From: Planctomycetota bacterium | GTDB taxonomy: Bacteria > Planctomycetota > Phycisphaerae > Sedimentisphaerales > Anaerobacaceae | Assembly: GCA_016872975.1 (NCBI GenBank) | Contig: VGYL01000001.1 | Span: 1-41,320 of the forward strand | Direction of reading: 5' to 3' | Length of the DNA: 41,320 nucleotides | Shown here: positions 15,789-24,950 of the stretch, piece after piece | Layout of the letters: each line of letters starts with the position of its first letter | Position numbering within the stretch: the stretch's first letter is position 1 | Translations under genes and position numbers: made by a program | The notes under the pieces: model-generated | Seen by the model: the letters and a program-made list of their open reading frames with translations, nothing else | Database searches by the model: none | Told to the model about the DNA's origin: nothing

Positions 15789-16726
15789 TCCGTCATCGCT
15801 CCACTGCAACGAATTCTCGAAAATGCCAGTCCCCCCTGAGCATACGACTTGCGGCACAGCTTAGTTTGTCTTCCCGCGATTGGGCCGGACGCCGGACGGG
15901 TAGAACGATTCGTGCGGGGGCAATGGAAAGAAAACAACGATCCGCTCAAAGGCCAAGACGCAGCCAGTCCCGCAGGGACGACCGAGAATAGCCCACCGTT
16001 TCAACGGTGGGTAATGGGCGTTCGCATGAATCCCTAGCCCCGCCAGGGGCGAAAGAGACGCTCTGCCAATCCGTAGGGGCTCTTTCGTCCCTGGCGGGAC
16101 TGGTCTGGTCTTTCTGGCCGTATCCCCAGCGATGAATCGCTGGGCTATGATCTTTCGCCCTGCGGGCTTGCCGTTAGCCTTTGGGCGGATCATTGAAAAG
16201 AATGGGTATGGTTCAACGCGGGGTAGCAGTCCTGATCGGCCGAAGCCACACGGAAGCGAACATAAACTACTGTGGTGAAAGCCCTTATGGCAATCACAGT
16301 TTGCGTTGTGCGTCACACGAATGGTACCTTGGCTCACGCGATCCTGAACCCTGCCAAGAAATGCGAGGGTCCGGAGCAACCTCTGGAAAGAACCCCGGAC
16401 CCCGCTCGACGCATACCGTCGCACCCGCCCTATCGGCCGCGCCGGGCCGTACCTTGGCGACGACAGAGACAAAAAGAAAAAAAAACGACAAAAATACGTA
16501 GTCAGCACAATAGATAGAAATGGACTATTCCGTCATACTGGACGTGAATCATGGATGACAGGGGTGCCACTCGCGATCTGTTCCCCAGGGGCTGTTGGGA
16601 GCACCTTTCCGGGGTGGTGCCCCGCTTTTCTCTTGGATACCGCCGCCGACCCGAGCCGCCAGACCACGCGGACCAGAGTACCCAGCGCGTCCTTCGGCCG
16701 CAAGCAAGTCCAAAGAAACCGCAGAT

Positions 16727-16846
16727 CATGTCATTGCGAGTCGTGCAGCCGCTGCGCGGCGGGTAGGCGGAAGAAACCCACCGTATCCAGGGTGCCATGC
16801 CTACGCCGCGTAGGCATGTCTACGCAAAGCCGTAGACATGGCACCC
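16727..16846. repeat. Mosaic intergenic repeat ('CATGTCATTGCGAG...GACATGGCACCC' family)
   Basis: The sequence is ~85-90% identical by eye to the reverse complement of 37165-37305. It shares the 'TCATTGCGAG' module with 23611-23733. Confidence 0.85.
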
Positions 16847-16975
16847 AAACCGCCAGTTTCTTAGGAGCGTCTTGACGCCGTAAAGGCCGGACGATATTTT
16901 GGGCAACTTCGACTGTGACGGGCAAGAAACCGTTTTATGGACTTTGACCCTGGCGGGTCGGAAAGGAAGGACAGT

Positions 16976-18160
16976 ATGGGAAAGCGATTGACGGCAGTAC
17001 TCGTGAGCCTGCTGATTGTGAGCGTGGCCTTCAGCGCCCCGTTCTTCGGCAGCCGCAAGAAGAAGGCCCCGCAGGCCGCGGCGCCGATCAAGATCGGCGC
17101 GATCTTCGCGGTCACCGGCGGGGCGGCGTTTCTCGGCGGCCCCGAGGCCCGCACCGCGGAGATGTTCGTCGAGAACCTCAACAAGGCCGGCGGGATCAAA
17201 GGCCGGCCGATCCAGCTCATCGTAAGGGACTCCGCCAGTACACCGGCCCAGGCGATCTCGCTGGCCAAGCAGCTCATCGATGAGGAGAAGGTCCTGGCGA
17301 TTATCGGCCCCTCGACCAGCGGCGAGACCATGGCGATCAAGAACATCTGCCAGGAAGGCAAGACAATCCTGCTGTCGTGTGCCGCGGCGGAGGACATCGT
17401 CAACCCGGTCGCCAGCTACGTGTTCAAGACCCCGCAGAAGGACAGCGACGCGGTCCGGCGGATCTACATGGTGATGAAGGACCTGGGCATCAGCAAGGTC
17501 GGGGTGATCACGAGCAACGACGGGTTCGGGATCGCCGGCGGCAAGCAACTGGCCGCGATCGCCCCGGAGTACGGCATCACGATCGCCACCTCCGAGGTGT
17601 ACGACGCGAAAGAGACCAGCCTGCAGGGGGTCCTGACGAAGGTCAAAGGCGCGGACGTCCAGGCGGTCATCAACTGGTCCATCGTGCCGGCCCAGAGCCT
17701 GGCCGCGAAAGACATGAAGCAGATCGGCTTGAACGTGCCGCTGTTCCAGAGCCACGGTTTCGGCAACATCAAGTACGTCCAGGCCGGCGGCGAGGCGGCG
17801 GAAGGCACGATCTTCCCGTGCGGCCGGCTGCTCGTGGCGGAATCCCTGCCCGGCAACCATCCGCAGAAGAAAGTCCTGATGGAGTACAAGCGGGAATACG
17901 AGAAGCGGTACAAGGAAGACGCCAGCACGTTCGGCGGTCACGCCTACGATGCCCTGCTGGTCCTGACCGAGGCCATCAAGAAGGCCGGCAGCACCGACCC
18001 GGAGGCGGTCCGCACCGCCATCGAGGGGCTCCAGGGCGTCGCCGGCACCGGCGGCCTCTTCAACTTCTCCGCGACCGATCATAACGGCCTGGGCCTGGAC
18101 GCGTTCGAGATGCTCACCGTCAAGAACGGCAAGTTCGCGATCTATAAACCGAAGAAGTAA
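16976..18160 (+). CDS. ABC transporter substrate-binding protein, branched-chain amino acid (LivK/LivJ, Peripla_BP_6) family
   Basis: The start 'MGKRLTAVLVSLLIV' provides a signal peptide. 'IKIGAIFAVTGGAAFLGGPE...AGGIKGRPIQLIVRDSAS' is the typical family opening. It is followed by the permease and ATPase genes. Confidence 0.88.
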   Translation: MGKRLTAVLVSLLIVSVAFSAPFFGSRKKKAPQAAAPIKIGAIFAVTGGAAFLGGPEARTAEMFVENLNKAGGIKGRPIQLIVRDSASTPAQAISLAKQLIDEEKVLAIIGPSTSGETMAIKNICQEGKTILLSCAAAEDIVNPVASYVFKTPQKDSDAVRRIYMVMKDLGISKVGVITSNDGFGIAGGKQLAAIAPEYGITIATSEVYDAKETSLQGVLTKVKGADVQAVINWSIVPAQSLAAKDMKQIGLNVPLFQSHGFGNIKYVQAGGEAAEGTIFPCGRLLVAESLPGNHPQKKVLMEYKREYEKRYKEDASTFGGHAYDALLVLTEAIKKAGSTDPEAVRTAIEGLQGVAGTGGLFNFSATDHNGLGLDAFEMLTVKNGKFAIYKPKK

Positions 18161-18190
18161 GACACGTGTTTCGGCGGCAAACACGTGTGC

Positions 18191-18290
18191 GGGGTGGCAG
18201 CGTCAAGGCCCGGGTTCGTAGTGTGCTCGTAAGAGCATAGAAGATAGCGTCTGACGACGCCACTACAAACGCGCTTGACGCTGCCGCCCA
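18191..18290. repeat. Palindromic 'GGTGGCAGCGTCAAG...CTTGACGCTGCC' element between the binding-protein and permease genes
   Basis: The outer arms 'ggggtggcagcgtcaagg' and 'cttgacgctgccgcccacc' are complementary. The inner module 'gttcgtagtgtgctcgtaagagcatagaa' recurs inverted at 35057-35092. Confidence 0.85.
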
Positions 18291-18367
18291 CCGGAAGTTC
18301 GAAGTGCGGAGTGCTCTGAAAACTGGAAGACTTCAAACGTGAAACTCTCTTCCTGCTTGAAACTGGC

Positions 18368-19255
18368 ATGGATCTTTCCCAGATTGTGCAATACGGTCTC
18401 TCGGGCATCACGGTCGGCAGCATCTATGCCATCGTGGCCATCGGGTTCAATATCATTTACGCCACCACGGGGATCATCAACTTCGCCCAGGGCGAGTTCC
18501 TGATCGTCGGGGCGATGACGGCGATCAGCCTGTCGCACTTCGTGCCGCTGCCGGTGGCGATTGCCGGGGCGGTGCTGGTGACGACCGTGCTGGGCGGGCT
18601 GATGGAGCTGGTCTTCATCCGGCCCGTGAAGAACGCCTCGGTCCTGCGGCTGATCGTCATCACGATCGGCCTGTCCATCGTGATCCGCGAGGTCATGCTC
18701 CACCTCTGGGATGAGACGGTCCGCTCGATGCCGTACTTCACCGGCACCGCGGTCTCGACCGTCACGATCCTGGGCGCGGGCGTTTCGCTGCAGGTCTTCT
18801 GGGTTTTGGGCGTCAGCGCCGTGATCGTGACGGCGCTGACGCTGTTCTTTCGCTACACCCTGACCGGCCGGGCCATGCGGGCCTGCGCCGACGACCGGAT
18901 GGCGGCCCGCCTGTGCGGCATCAACGACCGCCGGATGGTGACGCTGTCGTTCATGCTCTCGGCCGGCATCGGGGCCCTGGCCGGCTGCGTGATCTCGCCC
19001 GTGACGCAAACCCAATACGACATGGGGGCCCCCCTGGCGATCAAGGGCTTCACCGTGGCGATTCTCGGCGGTCTCGGCAACAGCATGGGAGCAGTGGCGG
19101 CGGGCCTGCTGCTCGGCCTGCTGGAGGCCCTGGTCACGAGCCAGTCCTCCGCCTACAAGGAGGCCGTCTCGATCGTGGTCCTGCTGCTGATCCTGGTGTT
19201 CCGGCCCAGCGGCCTGTTCGCCCGACACGGGATCAGTGCCTTGAGGACAGCATAA
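18368..19255 (+). CDS. livH: Branched-chain amino acid ABC transporter permease (LivH family)
   Basis: This 295-aa polytopic protein has 'GIINFAQGEFLIVGAM' and 'GGLGNSMGAVAAGLLLGLLE', which are typical of LivH. Its stop overlaps the next start (TAATG). Confidence 0.9.
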   Translation: MDLSQIVQYGLSGITVGSIYAIVAIGFNIIYATTGIINFAQGEFLIVGAMTAISLSHFVPLPVAIAGAVLVTTVLGGLMELVFIRPVKNASVLRLIVITIGLSIVIREVMLHLWDETVRSMPYFTGTAVSTVTILGAGVSLQVFWVLGVSAVIVTALTLFFRYTLTGRAMRACADDRMAARLCGINDRRMVTLSFMLSAGIGALAGCVISPVTQTQYDMGAPLAIKGFTVAILGGLGNSMGAVAAGLLLGLLEALVTSQSSAYKEAVSIVVLLLILVFRPSGLFARHGISALRTA

Positions 19256-20322
19256 TGCGGCTGCGGATGTACTACCCGGTGCTCGCCACGGCGGTGTTGA
19301 TCGTCTTGCTGCACCTGGTGCTCGCGCAGACCGAGACCACGTATTACATGACGCAGATCACCATGTCGGCCTATTACGCGCTGGTGGTGATCGGGTTGTG
19401 CCTGCTCATGGGCTACGCGGGTCAGGCCTCGATCGGGCACGCGGGCTTTTTCGCCATCGGCGGCTACACCGCGGCCGTCTTGACAACCTACAATCTCAAC
19501 CCCGTCAAGGACACGCCGCTGGTCGCCCGCTTGCAGTCGCTCGGCCTGACGATGCACTGGCAGGACATTTACGGCGCGGACATCCTCTCGTTCACGCCCT
19601 GGGCGGCCTTCGGGGCCGCGCTGCTGCTCACCGGGGTGATCGCGCTGGTGATCGGGGCCTCGGTGATCCAGCTCAAGGGTCACTACCTGGCGATGGCCAC
19701 GCTCGGCTTCGGGCTGATCGTCTACCGCATCGCCCTGGGCACGCCGGTCCTGGGCCGGGCCGACGGCGTCTCGAACGTGCCGCCCTTCCATCTGTTCAGC
19801 GACCTCCAGGTGAACGGGAGAGCCGCGTTCCGGGTGCAGAACTACTACATCGCCTGGGTGGTCGTGCTGGCGGCCATGGTCCTGGCCCTGAACCTCGTCC
19901 ACTCGCGGGTGGGCCGGGCGCTGCGGTCCATCCACGAGAACGAAGAGGCCGCCCACTCGCTCGGCGTCAACACCTATCGCTACAAGCTGGCGGTGTTCCT
20001 CCTCAGCGCGATCTTCGCGGCGATCGGCGGGGTCCTGCTGACCCACTACAACGGCAGCATCGGGCCGGCCGAGGCGCACGTGATCAAGTCCGTGCGCTAC
20101 GTGGCCATCGTCGCCGTGGGCGGGATGGCGAACCTCTGGGGGGCGATGGTCATGGGCATCTTCCTGAACTTCCTCTCCCTGCGCGGCGTCTTCGGCTCCT
20201 TCGACGAAACCATCTTCGGCGGCATCCTCATCCTCATGATGCTCTTCGCGCCCCAGGGACTGCTGCGGGTGCCGCGGCTCCGGGCCTTGACGGGCCTGCG
20301 GGCGAGGAGGAAACATGCGTAG
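19255..20322 (+). CDS. livM: Branched-chain amino acid ABC transporter permease (LivM family)
   Basis: The start 'MRLRMYYPVLATAV' is at 19255. The longer ORF-track N-terminus overlaps livH and is not credible. The LivM signature 'GYAGQASIGHAGFFAIGGYTAA' is present. Confidence 0.88.
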   Translation: MRLRMYYPVLATAVLIVLLHLVLAQTETTYYMTQITMSAYYALVVIGLCLLMGYAGQASIGHAGFFAIGGYTAAVLTTYNLNPVKDTPLVARLQSLGLTMHWQDIYGADILSFTPWAAFGAALLLTGVIALVIGASVIQLKGHYLAMATLGFGLIVYRIALGTPVLGRADGVSNVPPFHLFSDLQVNGRAAFRVQNYYIAWVVVLAAMVLALNLVHSRVGRALRSIHENEEAAHSLGVNTYRYKLAVFLLSAIFAAIGGVLLTHYNGSIGPAEAHVIKSVRYVAIVAVGGMANLWGAMVMGIFLNFLSLRGVFGSFDETIFGGILILMMLFAPQGLLRVPRLRALTGLRARRKHA

Positions 20323-20325
20323 GGA

Positions 20326-20488
20326 CGAAAATTCCAAATCCCAAATCCCAAATTCCAAACAAACTCCAATGCCCAAAATCCAAAATTCAAAACGGCCCCA
20401 CCGACCGGCGGCAGCGTTTTGGTCATTGGTGCTTGGGATTTTGGATTTGTTTGGGATTTGGAATTTGGAATTTGGTGCTTTGATTTCC
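20326..20488. repeat. ~160-bp AT-rich palindromic element (same family as 3426), filling the livM-livG gap
   Basis: The arms at 20328-20394 and 20415-20488 are near-complementary around a GC-rich ~20-nt loop. Confidence 0.92.
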
Positions 20489-20499
20489 GGGGGGGTCTT

Positions 20500-21270
20500 A
20501 TGAGCACCGTCCTCCTGGAAACCAAGGGTCTGGCTCGTTCCTTCGGCGGCGTGCATGCGGTCAAGGACGTGACGTTCCACGTGCCGGCCGGGGCGATCAA
20601 GGCGGTCATCGGGCCCAACGGGGCCGGCAAGACGACGCTCTTCAACCTGATCGCGGGCACCCTGACGCCGCACCGGGGCGATGTGGTCTTTCGGGGCAAA
20701 CCGATCACCGGCCGCAAGCCCCACGCCGTCGCGGGCCTCGGCATCGCGCGGACGTTCCAGACGACCAAGCTCTTCCCCCACATGACGGTCCTGGAAAACG
20801 TCATGATGGGCCGGCACACGCGGACGCGCGCCGGGTTCGTTTCCGGGATGCTGAACCTGCCCTGGACCTGGCGGGAGCATCGGCACACGGAAGAGAAGGC
20901 CCGAGCCATTCTCGACAAGCTGGGCCTTTCCGCCCACACGCACGAGACCGCCTGCAACTTGCCCTTCGGCCGCCAGCGGCTCGTGGAGTTCGCCCGGGCC
21001 CTGGCGACGGAGCCGGCGCTGCTGTTGCTCGATGAGCCCGCGGCGGGACTGAACATCTACGAGACCCAGGAACTGTCGCAACTGATCCGCCAGATCCGCG
21101 ACACGGGCGTCACCTGCCTGGTCGTGGAGCACGACATGTCGCTCGTGATGAACATCTCCGACGAGGTGGTCGTGCTCGACCAGGGGCAGAAGATCGCGGA
21201 AGGGCCGCCCGCGGCGATCCAACGCCATCCGGAGGTCATCCGGGTGTATCTGGGGGAAGAGCATGCTTAA
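20500..21270 (+). CDS. livG: Branched-chain amino acid ABC transporter ATP-binding protein (LivG family)
   Basis: The start is 'MSTVLLETKGL'. Walker A is 'GPNGAGKTT', the signature-like motif is 'LPFGRQRLVEFARAL', and Walker B is 'LLLLDEPAAG'. The N-terminal 27 aa of the ORF-track model are repeat-encoded. Confidence 0.92.
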   Translation: MSTVLLETKGLARSFGGVHAVKDVTFHVPAGAIKAVIGPNGAGKTTLFNLIAGTLTPHRGDVVFRGKPITGRKPHAVAGLGIARTFQTTKLFPHMTVLENVMMGRHTRTRAGFVSGMLNLPWTWREHRHTEEKARAILDKLGLSAHTHETACNLPFGRQRLVEFARALATEPALLLLDEPAAGLNIYETQELSQLIRQIRDTGVTCLVVEHDMSLVMNISDEVVVLDQGQKIAEGPPAAIQRHPEVIRVYLGEEHA

Positions 21271-22027
21271 GATTCTGAACCTCGAGGCCGGCTATGGCGC
21301 GCTGCGGGTGCTCAAGGGGATCTCGCTGCACGTCGCGCCGGGCGAAGCGGTCGCCGTCATCGGGGCCAACGGGGCGGGCAAGACCACCCTGCTCAAGACG
21401 ATCGCGGGCATTCTCAAGGCCCGCGCCGGCGAGGTCGAGTTCGACAAGCGCCCGATCCACCACGATCCGGCGGAACGCATCGTCCGGCGCGGCTGCTGCC
21501 TTGTCCCCGAAGGCCGGCACATCTTCGGCACGTTGACCGTCCGGGAGAATCTGCTCCTCGGGGCCTACAGCGTGGCGCGGGCGGCGCGTCCCTGGAAGCT
21601 GCGGCGCCGCCAGAACGGCGATCACGATATCGACGGGACCCTGGAGCAGGTGTACGAGTTGTTCGGCATTCTCAAGGAGCGTTCGAGCCAACTGGCCGGC
21701 ACGCTCTCCGGCGGCCAGCAGCAGATGCTCGCCATCGGGCGGGCCTTGATGTCCCGGCCGCGGCTGTTGATGATGGATGAGCCGTCCCTGGGCGTCGCGC
21801 CGCTGGTCGTGAAGGATATCTACAAGACCATCGTCAACCTCAAGCGCAGCGGTCTGACGATCCTGCTGGTCGAGCAGAACGCCCGGGCGGCCCTGGCGGT
21901 CGCCGATCGCGGCTACGTGATCGAGACCGGCCAGATCGTGCTCCAGGGAACCGCCCGGCAACTGTGTGACAGCCCCGAAGTGCAGCGGGCGTATCTGGGG
22001 AAGGAATATCGATCCATTGATGAATGA
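21263..22027 (+). CDS. livF: Branched-chain amino acid ABC transporter ATP-binding protein (LivF family) with a ~15-aa basic insertion
   Basis: Walker A is 'GANGAGKTT', the signature is 'LSGGQQQMLAIGRAL', and Walker B is 'LLMMDEPSLG'. The gene overlaps livG by 8 nt. The insertion 'VARAARPWKLRRRQNGDHDI' precedes the conserved 'LEQVYELF'. Confidence 0.92.
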   Translation: MLKILNLEAGYGALRVLKGISLHVAPGEAVAVIGANGAGKTTLLKTIAGILKARAGEVEFDKRPIHHDPAERIVRRGCCLVPEGRHIFGTLTVRENLLLGAYSVARAARPWKLRRRQNGDHDIDGTLEQVYELFGILKERSSQLAGTLSGGQQQMLAIGRALMSRPRLLMMDEPSLGVAPLVVKDIYKTIVNLKRSGLTILLVEQNARAALAVADRGYVIETGQIVLQGTARQLCDSPEVQRAYLGKEYRSIDE

Positions 22028-22032
22028 GGACA

Positions 22033-22189
22033 AAAGCACTAAATTCCAAATCCCAAATCTCAAACAAATCCAAATGACCAAAATTCGAAATTCAGAACGG
22101 GACTCCCGCGTGGCGTCAGCATTTGGGTCATTGGGATTTGGTGCTTTGGATTTGTTTGAGATTTGGAATTTGGAATTTCGGATTTCTCC
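22033..22189. repeat. ~160-bp AT-rich palindromic element (same family), filling the livF-paaK gap
   Basis: The arms at 22035-22099 and 22119-22189 are near-complementary. The loop resembles that of the 30766 copy. Confidence 0.92.
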
Positions 22190-22209
22190 GGCATGTGAGG
22201 CTTAGGCTC

Positions 22210-23523
22210 ATGAACCACGCGATCCCGTACAACCCGAAGTGTGAGATGATGGCCCGCGAGGAGCTGCAGCAACTGCAGATCGAACGGCTGCAGGCGACGC
22301 TCAACCGCGTCTACCGCAGCGTCGCCTTCTACCGCGGGGCGTTCGATGCCCATAAGGTCAACCTGGAGCGGCTCAAGGACGTGCGGGCTCTGCGGGAGCT
22401 GCCCTTCACGACGAAAGAGGACCTGCAAAAGAGTTATCCCTACGACATGTTCGCGGTACCTCTGCGCGACATCGTCCGCATCCACACGACCCCCGGAACC
22501 ACCGGCCAGCCCATCGTCGTCGGCTACACGCAGAACGACCTGCGCAGTTGGCGCGAATGTGCCGCCCGGCTGCTGACGGCGGCCGGAGTAACGGAGCATG
22601 ATGTCGTCCAGATTGCCCTGCACTACAGCCTGTTCGCCGACGGCTTCGGCTTCCACCAGGGGGCCGAGCGGGTCGGGGCCTCGGTGATTCCCGCATCGCT
22701 GACGACCAGCGTGGCCAAGCAGATCGTCGTCATGCGGGACTTCAAGACCACGGTCCTGATCTCGACCCCGAGCCACGCCCTGACCATTGCCGCGAGCCTC
22801 GACGAGGTGCAGGTCCACCGGGAACGGCTGCATCTGCGCCTGGGCCTCTTCGGCGGCGAGCGCTGGGGCGATCCCGTCCGCCGGCAGATCGAAGAGCAAC
22901 TGCAGATCGTCTCGACCGACACCTACGGTCCAACCGAGGTCCTGGGGCCGGGCGTCGCCGGCGAATGCCACCTGCACCAGGGCCTGCATATCAACGAAGA
23001 CCATTTTCTCGTCGAGGTCGTCGATCCCAAGACCCTCGCGCCGGTCGAAGTGGGCGAAGAAGGCGAGCTGGTCCTGACCACGATCACCAAGGAAGGTTTC
23101 CCGTTGATCCGCTACCGGACCGGGGACATCACGTGGATCGATCCCGACCCCTGCCCCTGCGGCCGGACCTCCATCCGCATGGCCCGGGTCCTGGGCCGCA
23201 CGGATGACCTGATCCTGTTCCACGGCGTGGGCTTCTTCCCCGCCCAGATCGAGGAGACCCTTGCCGGCCTGGACGGCGTCAGTCCCTACTTCCAGATCGT
23301 CCTCGACCAGGACCGCGGCATCGAGACCATCGAGATCCGCGTCGAGATCGCCGACCAGATCCCCTTCCTCGACGAGGTCAAGACCATCGAGACCCTGCGG
23401 CTCCAGGCCGCCAAGCGTCTCAAAGCCGTCCTCGACGTCGAGCCCAAAGTCACCCTCGTCGAGCCCAAATCCCTGCGCACCCTCGACCCCGCCACCCGCG
23501 TCCTCGACAAACGGCCGGGCTAA
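22210..23523 (+). CDS. paaK: Phenylacetate-CoA ligase-like adenylate-forming enzyme (PaaK/F390-synthetase family)
   Basis: The start is 'MNHAIPYNPKCEMMAREELQQLQIERLQ'. The P-loop-like motif is 'TPGTTGQP', and the family motif 'LPFTTKEDLQKSYPYDMFAV' is present. The C-terminal ACT-like part is 'ETIEIRVEI'. Pairing with Liv-type transporters is common. Confidence 0.86.
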   Translation: MNHAIPYNPKCEMMAREELQQLQIERLQATLNRVYRSVAFYRGAFDAHKVNLERLKDVRALRELPFTTKEDLQKSYPYDMFAVPLRDIVRIHTTPGTTGQPIVVGYTQNDLRSWRECAARLLTAAGVTEHDVVQIALHYSLFADGFGFHQGAERVGASVIPASLTTSVAKQIVVMRDFKTTVLISTPSHALTIAASLDEVQVHRERLHLRLGLFGGERWGDPVRRQIEEQLQIVSTDTYGPTEVLGPGVAGECHLHQGLHINEDHFLVEVVDPKTLAPVEVGEEGELVLTTITKEGFPLIRYRTGDITWIDPDPCPCGRTSIRMARVLGRTDDLILFHGVGFFPAQIEETLAGLDGVSPYFQIVLDQDRGIETIEIRVEIADQIPFLDEVKTIETLRLQAAKRLKAVLDVEPKVTLVEPKSLRTLDPATRVLDKRPG

Positions 23524-23610
23524 GAAATAGGTCCACGCAGGCTCTTGTCGGGTATGCTGTGTGCACCTTGTCCACTACTGCCGCGTTTCACAAGTACCGC
23601 GACTAAGGGT

Positions 23611-23733
23611 GAGGTTGCTTCGTCGCTGCGCTCCTCGCAATGACATGATTGCCGCGCTCGGCGAGCCTCGCTCGCAATGACATAGAGCGCCCAAGTATGT
23701 CATTGCGAGAAGCTTCAGCGACGAAGCAATCTC
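23611..23733. repeat. Mosaic repeat with three 'TCGCAATGACA/TGTCATTGCGA' modules
   Basis: The modules are shared with 16727-16846, 36991-37025 and 37318-37355. A 'GGCAGGATGCCGATG' module follows at about 23795-23845 and is shared with about 37075-37130. Confidence 0.8.
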
Positions 23734-23858
23734 TACTCTATAATCCCAGGGCTTGCGAAATGCCGTACTACAGCCCCGATGGCGGAAGGACCAATCATCG
23801 GCAGGATGCCGATGGCAAGAAGCCCCACGGACAGGATCTACGGCAGCGAGTACTCGCG

Positions 23859-24110
23859 TCATCCTGTCTGGGCCTTTGCCAGGGGCAGATTCGCGTGCTC
23901 GCCGGTGGCCTCGTTGACGACGACAAGCTCGCCCAGATCATCCCGCTGCAACTGCTCATTGGCATTCAGAAGCTCGATTCCGTAAACCGTCCCGTCCGGC
24001 GCGATGTCTACCACCAGTTCGTCGCTGATCCGCAGCGATTCCACATCCGCTCGTTTCTCGTGAAAGCGTATGTACGCTATGTTGTATCTCGGATCATACG
24101 TCAGCTTCAT
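23859..24110 (-). CDS. DUF2283 domain protein (antitoxin-like small protein)
   Basis: The 83-aa protein has 'MKLTYDPRYNIAYIRF...DIAPDGTVYGIELLNA', which matches the DUF2283 pattern (YDxxxDxxYIxf...G.ivGiEil). Confidence 0.7.
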   Translation of the reverse strand: MKLTYDPRYNIAYIRFHEKRADVESLRISDELVVDIAPDGTVYGIELLNANEQLQRDDLGELVVVNEATGEHANLPLAKAQTG

Positions 24111-24294
24111 GTCAAAACGCCCTCAGAAGTATCGCACAATGACGGAAATCACCAGCCAGTCTCGACGCCGAACAATTGGAATCACGATCGGAAGTCACCA
24201 GCGTGTCCTCTTTAGAATGATAGCACATTTGTACCGGAACTGCCAGTATTTCGGGCCTGGTTCCAAGAAACGGCCTTCTCGGGTACCAAAGGAT

Positions 24295-24395
24295 GGGTGG
24301 CAGCGGCAAGCGCAGTCTTCGGAGCTTGCCGATGGTCTTGCCTCTGCGCCATCGGCAAGGCCTGCGCAGAGCCTCCGGCCTTGCCGCTGCCACCC
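24295..24395. repeat. Palindromic 'GGGTGGCAGCGGCAAG...CTTGCCGCTGCCACCC' element, with inner modules in the opposite order to the 14772 copy
   Basis: The outer 16-bp arms are perfectly complementary. The inner hairpins 'ccgatgg...ccatcgg' and 'ggcaaggcc...ggccttgcc' are shared with 14772-14872. Confidence 0.88.
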
Positions 24396-24556
24396 ACCCA
24401 GACGGTTACCGGGTTCTGAACCAGGCCGTTCTTCGGAGTGTAGGCGATTCGCCCGGCCAGAAGGGGGAAACTACGCACACGCCGCTTCTCCGGCGGTGCG
24501 TAGGTAGCGAGTAAGGTGGCTGTGAACCGCAAGACATCAGGCTGAGGAGTGAAGCC

Positions 24557-24901
24557 ATGGCCGGGTTGGCGGATAAACGATGTGTGCCGTGTGCCGAGGG
24601 CGCCGAGCCGCTCAAAGGGCCCGAGATCCGAAAACTGTCCCAGGAACTGGCGCCGGACTGGTGGGTGGCCGAAGAACACCATCTGGAGCGGGAGTTCAGG
24701 TTCGATGACTTCCGTCAGGCCCTGGATTTCGTCAATGCGATCGGGGAGTTGGCCGAGGAGCAGGGGCATCACCCGGACATCTATCTGAGCTACGGCAAGG
24801 TGAAAATCCAGCTCTGGACCCACAAGATCAACGGTCTGCACGAGAACGACTTCATCCTGGCCGCCAAGATCGACGCCCTGCAGCCGGCGCCGGTGCGCTG
24901 A
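24557..24901 (+). CDS. phhB: Pterin-4-alpha-carbinolamine dehydratase (PCD/DCoH)
   Basis: The 114-aa protein has 'CVPC...L', 'W..........L.REF.F.DF..A', 'EEQGHHPDI' and 'W.TH...GL..NDFILAAKID', the family hallmark. A GAGGAG RBS is present. Confidence 0.9.
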   Translation: MAGLADKRCVPCAEGAEPLKGPEIRKLSQELAPDWWVAEEHHLEREFRFDDFRQALDFVNAIGELAEEQGHHPDIYLSYGKVKIQLWTHKINGLHENDFILAAKIDALQPAPVR

Positions 24902-24950
24902 GAGACCAATTCGTCTCCGGCAGATCGCGGTACGGGCGCAATCAGCGGCT

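Noticed and set aside
15861-16508. A 215-aa ORF on the minus strand. The same applies to 37135..37902 (-), 16181..16501 (+) and 20097..21056 (-).
   Set aside because: These are composed of repeat-family sequence or the low-GC spacer. Their pseudo-peptides ('SPLAGLG...PPLKRWAILGRPCGTG', 'IPNSKSQ') recur wherever the DNA repeats occur. They lack RBS and start-codon context.
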